DNA of 64,000 nucleotides from Lingula anatina (taxonomy: Eukaryota > Animalia > Brachiopoda). Shown here piece by piece: positions 24,966-36,707 of this stretch; positions within the stretch are counted from its first letter, which is position 1, and each line of letters begins with the position of its first letter. Both the position numbers and the translations under genes were made by a program. The notes beneath the pieces are model-generated. The model ran no database searches and was not told the DNA's origin. It saw nothing but the letters and a program-made list of their open reading frames with translations. The stretch is taken from NCBI GenBank assembly GCA_051362555.1, contig CM120643.1:12002644-12066643 (forward strand), given 5' to 3'.

Positions 24966-26374
24966 TGTCAAAATATTTTGTATGAATGATAAGGTTTTTC
25001 CACATCTGTGACAAATTAAAAGAGCTTTTTATCTGTGAAAAATGAGCACTGAATTTGCTAGAGTATATTGTAAATAGAAAACAAATGCCTGCACCGAGTG
25101 ACAGGTCCCAAACATTCTTAAAACAATTGTCTAAGACCTTGCACAAAATGCTCAGTTTGTTGGAGTTGCACTGATAAAAGTTTTGTATTATCTATACAAT
25201 GAATGACAATCTAGTTCATTTACCCTTATCCTGTCCCATAACTTACCTTGAATTCTCTCTAATCACAACTACTGAAGGGCTCTTGAAACACTATATGATA
25301 TAGCTGACATGGCTTTCTCCATTTTAGCCTTGTTAACCTTGTTAAAATGGACCGTCATCAGGACAGGCGCTCGCCAATGCTATCTGCCTCAACTACAAAA
25401 TAAAAAATTATAAGTCAAAAGTTTCCCTCTTTACTTCTCCCACCCAAATCCAATCTACTAACCATAAATATCTTAATCCTAGGAGTGGGTCATGGGTAAA
25501 AGACATTGCCTTCTGAATGTGAGCTGTCAAATTAATGTGGCTAACGGTTTTTAGTTTTTCAAGGTATGAAAAATCACTTAAGTGTTTTGTTTTCCCCCAA
25601 AAACATGAGTGATATGTACCTTTTAAGGCTTGATAGGTTTCCATCTCTGTGAAACGCCATATGCTTCTGATGCTCCCCCATGCAGCCCCCTAACATACAG
25701 ACCATGGCAGGACTCAACCATGCACCAAGGATTGAATGTGACCTTCTTCTTGCACCTCTTTCAAAAAAGCGGGACTTTATCAGGAATTGCCCTAATTGAG
25801 TTCTGTAAATAGAAAGGAAAATTTGATTAGTTTTCAAAAATTGTATATCAAAAGCAGTCTGCAGCCAGAAAAATTGTTGGTATCGGTAGATTTCCAGAAT
25901 GTGTCAATTTGGTGACATGGCTGTTAGATTTTTTCTATAAGTATGAAGAAGAGCTTTTGATTTATTTTAAATGTAGCTGTTACATCATGATTCGAGAAAA
26001 AATTTAAGGTCTTGTTAATACAAATACTAATGCAATCCAGTCTAGTCCTATTGAACTTTGTATTCGAACCTGTGAATCAAGATTCAGACATCTATATCTA
26101 GTTTTTAGGAAAGAAGGTGGACTGAATGGCCAATAGGGTGAAAAGTTTATGGCACAGACTGCTGCTGAAAAATTAATTTTAGTGTATTGTTCTCGCCAGT
26201 AACACGGGTTACCTTGCAGGTTTTTCCGCCTCAGTGAAACACCATATGCTTCAGACGCTTCTCCAATGCAGCCTCTTCAACAGACCGTGGCAGGACTCAC
26301 TGGCACCAAGGGTTGAGGGATGTATCGGAAGTGTGCACGTGGCCCTCTTCTCCTTGCAGTTGCCATGAAACGTT

Positions 26375-26705
26375 GGACAGGACTCGCTGGACGCTTCCTA
26401 GTGCAGCCACCTCGTAGACAGACCATGGCAGGACTCGCTGGACGCTTCCCCATTGCAGCCACCTCGTAGACGGACCATGGCAGGACTCGCTGGACGCTTC
26501 CCCAGTGCAGCCACCTCGTAGACGGACCATGGCAGGACTCGCTGGACGCTTCCCCAGTGCAGCCATCTCGCAGATAGACCATGGCAGGACTCGCTGGACG
26601 CTTCCCCAGTGCAGCCACCTCGCAGACAGGCCATGACAGGACTCGCTGGACGCTTCCCCAGTGCAGCCACATCAAAGAGACAGACCATGGCAGGACTCGC
26701 TGGCA
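26375..26705. repeat. 52-bp minisatellite array A (about 6 units)
   Basis: Unit GACTCGCTGGACGCTTCCCCAGTGCAGCCACCTCGTAGACAGACCATGGCAG. Confidence 0.95.
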
Positions 26706-26869
26706 CCAAGGAATGGTCAAAGTAGCTTAAGTGTAGATGTGGGACGTCTCCTTGCAGTTGTGTTCTGTCAACAGAAAGAAAAATGAATTAATGACTTTTC
26801 ATACTATGTCAGCACTCTGCAGTCAGGCTTACCTTTAAGTGGTTTCCATCTCATTGAAACACCATATGA

Positions 26870-27195
26870 CAAGACTCGCTGGACGCTTCCCCAGTGCAGC
26901 CACCTCATAGACAGACCATGGCAGGACTCGCTGGACGCTTCCCCTGTGCCGCCACCTCGTAGACAGACCATGGCAGGACTCGCTGGACGCTTCCCCTGTG
27001 CAGCCACCTCGTAGACAGGCCATGGCAGGACTCGCTGGACGCTTCCCCAGTGCAGCCACCTCGTAGACAGGCCATGGCAGGACTCGCTGGACGCTTCCCC
27101 AGTGCAGCCACCTCGTAGACAGACCATGGCAGGACTCGCTGGACGCTTCCCCAGTGAAGCCACCTCGTAGAGAGACCATGGCAGGACTCGCTGGC
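26870..27195. repeat. 52-bp minisatellite array B (about 6 units), inside a duplicate of the exon that holds array A
   Basis: Same unit as array A. The flanks AAGTAGCTTAAGTGTAGATGTG...CTCCTTGCAGTTGTGT are duplicated too (about 26720-26764 and 27211-27254). Confidence 0.95.
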
Positions 27196-27251
27196 TCCAA
27201 GGGATAGTCGAAGTAGCTTAAGTGTAGATGTGAGGTGTCTCCTTGCAGTTG

Positions 27252-28685
27252 TGTCCTGTAAACAGAAATAAAAACGAGATTAGATTTCTTTCATTTCTCA
27301 AACTTCCCTTCCAAAAAGAAAAATATTACATACCTTAAGGAGTGTAGTCGAAGTCCCACAGGTGGCGCCCATCATCTTCTATGTCCTGTAAACAGAATTA
27401 AAAACGAGATTAGATTTCTTTCATTTCTCAAACTCCCCTTCCAAAAAGAAAAAAGATTACATACCTTAAGGAGTGTAGTCGAAGTCCCACAGGTGGCGCC
27501 CATCATCTTCTATGTCCTGTAAACAGAAATAAAAACGAGATTAGATTTCTTTCATTTCTCAAACTTCCCTTCCAAAAAGAAAAAAAGATTACATACCTTA
27601 AGGAGTGTAGTCGAAGTCCCACAGGTGGCGCCCATCATCTTCTATGTCCTGTAAACAGAAATAAAAACGAGATTAGATTTCTTTCATTTCTCAAACTTCC
27701 CTTCCAAAAAGAAAAAAAGATTACATACCTTAAGGAGTGTAGTCGTAGTCCCACAGGTGGCGCCCATCATCTTCTATGTCCTGTAAACAGAAATAAAAAC
27801 GAGATTAGATTTCTTTCATTTCTCAACCCCCCCTTCCAAAAAGAAAAAGATTACATACCTTAAGGAGTGTAGTCGAAGTCCCACAGGTGGCGCCCATCAT
27901 CTTCTATGTCCTGTAAACAGAAATAAAAACGAGATTAGATTTCTTTCATTTCTCAAACTCCCCTTCCAAAAAGAAAAATAGATTACATACCTTAAGGAGT
28001 GTAGTCGAAGTCCCACAGGTGGCGCCCATCATCTTCTATGTCCTGTAAACAGAAATAAAAACGAGATTAGATTTCTTTCATTTCTCAAACCCCCCCTTCC
28101 AAAAAGAAAAAAAGATTACATACCTTAAGGAGTGTAGTCGAAGTCCCACAGGTGGCGCCCATCATCTATGTCCTGTAAACAGAAATAAAAACGAGATTAG
28201 ATTTCTTTCATTTCTCAAACTCCCCTTCCAAAAAGAAAAATAGATTACATACCTTAAGGAGTGTAGTCGAAGTCCCACAGGTGGCGCCCATCATCTTCTA
28301 TGTCCTGTAAACAGAAATAAAAACGAGATTAGATTTCTTTCATTTCTCAAACCCCCCCTTCCAAAAAGAAAAAAAGATTACATACCTTAAGGAGTGTAGT
28401 CGAAGTCCCACAGGTGGCGCCCATCATCTATGTCCTGTAAACAGAAATAAAAACGAGATTAGATTTCTTTCATTTTTCAAACTCCCCTTCCAAAAAGAAA
28501 AATAGATTACATACCTTAAGGAGTGTAGTCGAAGTCCCACAGGTGGCGCCCATCATCTTCTTTGTCCTGTAAACAGAAATAAAAACGAGATTAGATTTCT
28601 TTCATTTCTCAAACCCCCCCTTCCAAAAAGAAAAAAAGATTACATACCTTAAGGAGTGTAGTCGAAGTCCCACAGGTGGCGCCCA
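27252..28685. repeat. Tandem repeat of about 132 bp (about 11 units), each unit one exon plus one intron on the - strand
   Basis: TACCTTAAGG at 27331, 27462, 27594, 27726, 27856, 27988, 28121, 28250, 28383, 28512 and 28645. The - strand unit reads ttttatttctgtttacag|GACATAGAAG...CTCCTTAAG|gtatgt. Confidence 0.97.
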
Positions 28686-29049
28686 CCAGTTTGCAGACTG
28701 CTTCCTGGACCTGTAATAAAAAGAAACCTGGAAAGCATGGGAATATGCAATGACACTACGACTCCAGCCCACGACAGCAAAAAGGTGAAGTATCCTGCGA
28801 AGATGAGAAGATGACCGAGCGACGATTCCTCGTGGGGAGAAGCGAAGATTTTAGCTGGCCAGCTAAGAGAAACGCCGAATCCACCGTCTAGACGTCTGCG
28901 TGTGCAGGGAACAATATGTCGAAGAGCGATGCGTTGACGTAGGATGAGTAGAAGATTCGGAGAAATGAGAGTCGACTCCCGTGTTCTTTGTGCTTGATAC
29001 AGGGCGCAGCACATGGCATCCGTCCTGTTGCTCTAGATCTGTCCGCTGT

Positions 29050-29180
29050 TGAGTGAACGCACTTTTAAAATTTTGCGCTTTTATACCTTTGTTGACGTAT
29101 AGTCACATGATGGCGTTCTTGTTGTCACCAATGGTCAACTTGTTCAAAGGGGATGGCCTTTGATAGTGATGCGCAAAGTT
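29050..29180 (-). promoter_or_regulatory. Pol II core promoter: TATA box and Inr, with CRE half-site, E-box and CCAAT motifs upstream
   Basis: TATAAAAG lies 31 nt upstream of the Inr A (29054). TGACGT at about 29093, GTCACATGA at about 29102, CCAAT at about 29128 and TTGCGCATCA at about 29170. Confidence 0.65.
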
Positions 29181-29644
29181 GGTAGTAATATCTTATCAAC
29201 ATATACATTTTCTTTTATATTTTATATTTTGATTATTCTGCCTGTCAGTTTGTTTATAATAAGAGAAATAAGTTCTAAGCAATGTCTGTGAAATGTGCAG
29301 GCAAATTTGATGAAAATTTCTGAGCAACATACCTTCTCCCTAAAATTTTTATAGGTACGATGTCCGTTAAGCTGGTAGCTGTGAACTTCTCGCAGGCTAC
29401 TTTAGTGTGCGTGTATTTGAACACTGATCCAAAATGTGGATAATGTAATTTGGCGTAGGGTGACTGCATTTTTGAGGCAGCCTGAGGGAGTATGGTTGTT
29501 CTGATTGTAGTGAATTGTAGAGAGACAATTGGAAGTACACTGGACTTAGCATGTTCAGTCACCCAAGTACTCTGAAACACATTTTGTAATCAGCTGACTT
29601 GTTATTCTGAAAAATGAAAAAACAAATTATATTGATTTACAAAA

Positions 29645-29964
29645 CTGGAAGATAGAAGCAGTGGATCATATTACTTATGCCAGGCAGAAGAAACGACTGA
29701 ATGTATATTTTTATATTCAAAACGTCTACTGATTTAGGTAATAATTAATAGCCTGGAAGATAGCAGCAGTGGATCATATTACTAATGCAAGGCAGAAGAA
29801 ACGAGTGAATGTATATTTTTATATTCAAAACGTCTACTGATTTAGGTAATAATTAATAGCCTGGAAGATAGCAGCAGTGGATCATATTACTAATGCAAGG
29901 CAGAAGAAACGAGTGAATGTATATGTCTATATTCAAAACGTCTACTGATTTAGGTAATAATTAA
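29645..29964. repeat. 108-bp tandem repeat, 3 units
   Basis: CTGGAAGATAG at 29645, 29753 and 29861. Confidence 0.95.
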
Positions 29965-32900
29965 CAACTGACGTCTCCCTTCATGGCGTCGGGTTATCAG
30001 TACTCCCACACCAGTAACATGAGTTATGAGTTGAGCAGAAACAGAAAAAGATTTTTTATAAAGATAATGCAAGTATATGTGTAGGCCCATTTATCTTTTT
30101 TTATATTACTAAACGTAAGAATTGTTTGTCCAAGTGAAACTTTACTTACATCAGCCTAGCAACTAAATCTGACGTTTAAACGTCTCCGAAAATAACTAGA
30201 ATTTTTTGAATAACACAATAATGCGGCCACCTTCGAGGTGTCGCCCGGTTTTTAAAAATTGAAAAAAGAAACTTTTCGGGGAGTCTTTTGTCGCGGGTCA
30301 TTATTTTCAGTTGTTTGATGTTTTTTTGTAATATTTTAGCCATTGATAGAATCTATAATTCAGTTACATCCACGATTAGCTAGACAAAATGGTGACAGGG
30401 AAAAGTCAAATTTTTTAAACGGCAAAAACTGCATTCTCTTAGAAAGCAATTAGCAAACATTCATTACCAGGCACTGTGAAAAATTCAACCGAAGTTGAAG
30501 ACAAAATGTGTCAAAAATAAACGTGCATGTCGTAATACCTATTTAAAGCAGTCTTATTTTTGTTAGTATTAAAAACGTGTAAATATTATCCACATAGGAT
30601 ATTTTAAAAGCCTTCGATATTTAAAATATTTAAACTTCCCATACTTTGAGGCATGCATGAGTCGGAAAATGTTTGCATAATTACATAAAAAACTAGAATT
30701 ATCTCTTTATGTGACCACAGTTTACTCATGTGCCTTACATCATTCCCTTAAACCCTTTCCCAATATCGATTTCAGATATTTTTGACACATTTTGTCTTCA
30801 TCTGAATCACGTGAACGTTATCAAGTGTCATAAGGCGTACATTACGAAAATATTTAGGTCTTGGAACGTGATTTGATGACTTTTTTAAATGCATATATAT
30901 ACAATTATAAATTTATAATTAAGTTATTTAATATCAAATTATAAGTTCTGACCTAGTTTTAAAATTTATTTTAGGAGGGGTAAAAAACCCCAACCCCATG
31001 TAATATATATTGGATACATCCGTAGGCTTATGTCCTTAGAACTAGGCGTACAAAATGTGTCTTCTAGCTAAAGTTATTATTATGGTGTATGTGTAATTTA
31101 AAAAAAACTACGTAAGAGTGACAATAGGTCATGTGTTTCGAATGCACCCCCACTCTCCGATCAGACATTACTTTTGTATAATTCACAGTCCATCTTCGTT
31201 GTAGTTTGTGACTTTACGTCATTTCTTAGTGAAGCGGTGTTGTCCTCAATTTACCTTAAATGTCCAAATTACTAAGAAGAAACCACTTGCAAGAATTATA
31301 AGGCTTTTTATACTGCTAGGTCTATAGACGTGATACACACGATATCTTGCAATCCCACAAAATCTGTTTCTTAAAATTTTGGTTCCACCACAAAGCTTAG
31401 CACTATCATTCTTTTTTGCTTTATTGATATATTTTCAGTACATAAATAACCATTGTCTGTTGCCCAATTTTGCACAAAATTAAGATAATCCCCAAAACCT
31501 CATTAATTGTGTTTCCTCCATCCCAAAAAATATTAAAAATTTCTCCTCATAATTTAGTAGTGCACTGGCATCTACACAGTACATAAATGTATCATTATAA
31601 TAACATCTTGTTCTTACTGATAACATAATTAGCTTAATTCCATAACAATTCTAAAATGTTAATAACAATGAAAATTCAAAGTAGATGGCAAGATTCTTAT
31701 TGTGCTGATAAAGATAAAATATGTAAATTCAATACTGATTAGGTACTGTATACTGGCTCATTGAAAAAAGGGAACCGTTTCACAAAAAAATTAAGCTTAG
31801 ACTGCTAAATCTGGATAGCCAACTATACAAAGTCAACTTTGCGATATTGTCTTACAACTACAATTTTTTAAGAATGATTGGTCCACAGTTGATGAGTAGA
31901 ATATACATAAATGGGCTACTGACACCACTGCAAGTAAAAGACTTGCCAAGACAATCAAAATGTAAATCAAAGGAAAGTGAAAAGAAAGTAAAAAGACTGG
32001 AAAAAATGAGGCAAAATTGATACATGTAACTTGGTTAATGAGCGAACAATACTCTAGTTTTGATTAAATCAGAACTTTTCTTGCACCTTTTCTTGGGGAA
32101 TAGGGGATTGGTGTAGTGAAAGCCCAACCTTAACCTTTGGATGCTATTCTCATTAAACATATGCATAAAAGACAAAATTTAGACCACAAATAGATTCATG
32201 CAATCTACCAACCTTTTTTACAGTGAGTCATTGCAACTTATCAGTTATTTCTGGCCTAGGCTATCTGTAAGATTCTTACAACTGTGAAGTGCAACTTAGC
32301 CAGCTAAGTCTTTATAGGCTCAGATTTTAGACTACAAACCAGCTTCAAACATTTAGTAAAGCAAGTGCAAGGAATAGTTAGTTTGAAGGCTCTGCCTCCC
32401 CATAGGGTGAGAACAAACACAGTCACACTGTATAATACATTACAGAAAACATTGGTTAAAAATATACTCTGGAATTTTACATTTTCACTAGTATAGAATC
32501 AATTTGATTTCTAAAACTGATTTATTATAAAAATATTCCTGTCAATTTAAAACTTTGTCATAAAGCATATCTGAAATACACTGATAAAATGTTATTAAAA
32601 ATATTAAAATTTGATATTCACAGATAAAATAGGCTCAAGTCAAAATGATTAAGACAATTATTGAAGCATTATTCAAACCCCAATTTTGATTATTTTCATA
32701 CATTTAGTGATTCACAAGTTCTTTAACAGAGTTGTACCTAATCTGACTACATGATATCTATCAAAATCTCTCTAAAATCAAGTGACAAAAAATGCCCACA
32801 GTTTCAAGCACCATAAAATATGGCTTAAGTAAGTAATATCCTCAATTGTTTCATAATAAACGTCATGTCACTTGAATGTACCATTCTCCAGAAAGATGAA

Positions 32901-33243
32901 CTTTCAAGGTTTGATAAGTCTGCGTTTACAGGTAGATGTCATAGTTTAATATATATGAGGCAGCTTTATATCGTGGTCAACAATATTATATTATATCAGT
33001 TTCTCTAGCCTCCATGTCTTATTCGTCATAATATTTTGATTTTCAAATTCAGGGTCCCCTAGTAAAAGATCTTGCATTTCCTCTTGATCACAGAAGAATC
33101 TGAGTTGAGAATACAGTTGAGAATACAGAGTTAAAATTAGGCCTCTCCTCTCCACTTGGGGTCCTCTTGCAACTGAACCTGGCTGACATCCATGGTTACA
33201 TCTTGAAAAATAATATATTCCCAAAAAAGTTTAAATGGTGCAG

Positions 33244-33271
33244 TAATAATAATAATAATAATAATAATAAT
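33244..33271. repeat. (TAA)n microsatellite
   Basis: Seen directly. Confidence 0.9.
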
Positions 33272-34226
33272 TAAAATCAATAAATCTTGGACACATTACT
33301 TGTCGTATGTCTGAATAACATGACAGACAAGAAGAAAATAGTTGCTCTTGAAAATGGACTTTAAGTAATGAAAATGCAAGATGACAGCTAGTAGATAGTA
33401 CATGTGCATGCAATTTATTTGAAATTCTGACTTTTCAGTCCTAATGATTTAGATTATTTATAGCCAATAATCTGAGAAAATAAAATATTCAACAGAGAAA
33501 TTGATTGCAATAAATCCTGCTCGTACCTGACTGCTTAATATTCACTGCAGCAAACCTCTCTACGACATCGTCGAGCTGATCAGTAGGGTCATTGTAATCA
33601 CATCCTGTGTACGCTTTTTTCTCGAGGCAGTACTTAAGGAAACTACACCAAAGAGAAGTTGAAAATAAAGAAAGAATTGCCTACTTTCTTTTGTCTTTCT
33701 GTATGGACTTTCATTCACAATAAAAGAAAGAATTGCCTAGTAGACACTATTTTGTCTGTCAGTTTGGAGTTTAATTTACATGTTTTTTAACTTTCCTTTT
33801 TTTTCTATTTTTTTTTTTTCATTTAACAGTCTGTCTGAACTAAAACATGATAGCTTTCTCTTTTTAATCTTTCTATCCTCTGTTTTTTTGTCAGTCTGTC
33901 CGAACAAACATTAAAAATTTAATTTATGAACTTTATTAAATCCTTAACATTTCTTTTTTTGTTGGTTTGTCTGTCTGTCTGAACAAGAGTTCTTAGAAAC
34001 AATGAGATTAAATAAAGATTAAATAAAGGAAAAAAATTTTGAACCTAACATGGCTGATTTGTGTTTGGTTTGAAAAAGTCTTATAATTTGATTGAACTTT
34101 TTTTGCTTACTGATCAAATAAATTAAAATAATTCACTTCACCTGTTCCAATGTTCATCTTGCGAAAGAAGAAACGGATTCCCTACAACAATCAATAGGGC
34201 CTTTGCTCTTGTGATCGACACATTAA

Positions 34227-36707
34227 AGGGTTTGCTTCATGCCGTCAGAATGGCCTGAACGGAACATATTCTTCAGAAAACATGCCCAACTAACGATATC
34301 TTAACCCAAATACACAAATTAAAAGCTCATTTTGTAAATTTTTGGCTTTAAAAAACGTCCTATTTGCTCGGCCTGGGAGTTAATGAGCTACGTGGTCACG
34401 TGGTCCAATGACGACAATCGAGCCACTGGAGAACAGAGCGTGCTTAGCTGTCAAACTGAGCTGCATTGTCTACCTGTAAGATGACTTCTCTATCTGGCTT
34501 CTGATAAAAGTTTATACTCATTCAAATCTCTTACCCGAGGGGTCTAAATCCTCGTGAAGCTGTGTAAAACCATTTCCCGTCTAGTCATTTCTTTAACAAG
34601 CATTTCATTATGGTTATCCCAAGTTGTATAAAACACTGCATTTGAATGAGTTAAGGGAAATGTTGATTATTGCATATGAGGTCCATGTTATTTGTGAAAT
34701 TCAATTTATTTTATTAAACCGCTGACACTCCGTCTTGCATACTTTTATTAAACTGAGGTAAACAATGCCCGTTACCTTGACAAGTCCTATCTTAATCATC
34801 CATCTAACTGGAACTTCCTTTACCTCTTAATTAGAGGGTTAAATGGCATTCAATTTGTCTTGCTTGTATCGAACGCACTCTCTATCTAAGCTTTACTCCA
34901 GTTATCTCAGGTAAAAATCTACCTGTGCGTTAGTTACAAAGCGCAGCTCCCGTAGACCTGGGGGTACTAGATAAAATCTGAACACCAGGTTTATCGAGGA
35001 GCTAGAGAAAGAAAGGAAGAATTTTTCCTGCACAACTTCATAGGAATTTTAACACGGACTTGATCCAGCTTAGACCTCCAAACTAATAGGGTGACATGGG
35101 CAATTTTCACAAACAAATCATAAAACTATATTTCAGTTAACCGCCTTTAAAATAAATATACCGTTCTGGGTAAATTAAAATAGTTATTAAATCGCAAGAA
35201 TATTTTTGACTTAAATGATGATTTTATTATTAATGGAAATTAAGCTACTATATGAGGTACATTTGCTGTGATTACGGTACGCTGTCCTTCATGTTTTGCG
35301 TAAGTCTACATTTTGCTGTATCTGCTTGTAATCTTTTTAAATATGTGCGTACAATTTTTGCAGGTCTGGTTACCCCCCTGTTATGTGATGAGAGTATTAA
35401 TTTGGCAATTAGTTCCTTAGCTTATTTGAATAGAATTGCAGTGTAAAATTTTCAACAAGATGTTGGCGAAATAGCCCATTACTCTTTGTAGGTATTTCCC
35501 CCGTCAAAGTTTGTCTAAAATTATCTTTCAATCTTTACTCTTTCAAAGACAGTATAAAGTTACCTGACATATTTTCGTGTAAACTTAATGACAAGCCAAG
35601 TGTCTCCAGTTCATTCCGTACTCAATTTTACCCAAGCAAATTTTTTTCTTGAGTAGATCTTTATAATAGCACGGTGTTATAAGCTTACAAATTTGCAAAA
35701 AAAAAAAAAAAAAAAAAAATGCGTACTGACGCAGAATTTGCGTTTCAAGTTATAAAATGATCAATCTTTTAAATTATTTAATATTTCAGATGAAATAATC
35801 TTCAGAAACAAATCCTCAAAGCATAAACGAATTAGGATAACGAACCATTTTATTATAGCAGTTCCCATTTTTCTTTAATATAACGCTCTTTTTCCTGTTT
35901 TTCCTCAACACGTTTTCTTCCACGGAAGCTTCAAGATACCCTGAGAGCAATTTCTTTTATTAATGTTCGCGACCGTGTTTGAACTTAATTGTTTAAGTAT
36001 TGATATTTAACGTCATTTACAAATACCAATAAAATTACCCCATGAAATAAATGAGATATATTGAAAAATATGAAAGCCCACCAAGACGAGTTTCATACCT
36101 GTTATTACCTGGCTTGGGAATTGCAGCGGTGCATAATTAACAGGTTTGTTGTAAACGAGCTTTTGGTCAACTACAATGCATTTAAAATGCATCAGCAATC
36201 AGTAAGTTTGCCAACTGATGACAGTTAATCTGAAAGACTACCAGCTCTTGATATGATCTAAACCACCTGAGGTGACCATGATCTAGAGCATCGCAACTAT
36301 TGTCACCGAAGTTAGTAAGTAAGTCACGGAAGACCGTCACAGACAAAGAAAGATTGTCAACGAGAGCTGCAATTTTGCTGAATCCCACGGCAACACACCG
36401 AGGCATAACGAAAATTCCTCAACTCCGTTCTACACAACTTTCCTTAACTTCTCCGTCTGTATGCAACATGCAGCTCAGAGTCTCATAGACCTTTATCGTG
36501 ATTGTCGTCACAGTACCACGTGACCCAGATCTGTTGCTTCATTTTTGCATATTGAGGTGAGGTTTACTAAAACGCTTTTTTTTCTACTAATAGATTGTTT
36601 TTATAATTTTTAAATGGCGGGGATCGATTAAAACATACTTCTAGTGTATAGATTGAGTGCTGTATCTTCAAAATTCGAGAAATGGATTTTTACATGAACA
36701 TTGTCCT
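34227..36707 (-). mobile_element. Non-autonomous Kolobok-like DNA transposon (about 2.5 kb) inserted into a MOV10 exon
   Basis: TTAA target-site duplication at 34223-34226 and 36708-36711. Ends are AGG...CCT with an imperfect TIR (AGGgtttgcTTCATG / AGGacaatgTTCATG) and subterminal GGTCACGTGGT/ACCACGTGACC. A residual THAP-like start MPRCVAVGFS lies at 36406 (-). Removing the element restores cag|AGG TTT AAT GTG (RFNV). Confidence 0.85.

Larger units (their letters stand above)
22450..29054 (-). ncRNA. Multi-exon (about 18) repeat-built transcript, probably a lncRNA
   Basis: TATAAAAG at 29085-29078 and Inr TCACTC with A at 29054. GT-AG-bounded exons: 29054-28648; ten 52/49-nt exons between about 28566 and 27334; 27255-26833; 26764-26213; 25802-25620; 25392-25247; 24918-24129; 23516-23417; and 22947 onward (AATAAA about 22450). 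The micro-exons have stops in all three frames. Confidence 0.65.

Noticed and set aside
24022-25146. Staggered 66-aa Pro-rich ORFs as real proteins
   Set aside because: They are an artefact of a 70-bp period (not a multiple of 3) cycling through frames to a recurring stop.
26277-27200. 68-147-aa ORFs in the 52-bp arrays
   Set aside because: All three frames give the same rotating peptide because the unit lacks stop codons; no recognisable domain.
27256-28685. CRISPR-like array
   Set aside because: The intervening segments are near-identical rather than unique spacers, there are no cas genes, the context is eukaryotic, and the units carry splice signals.
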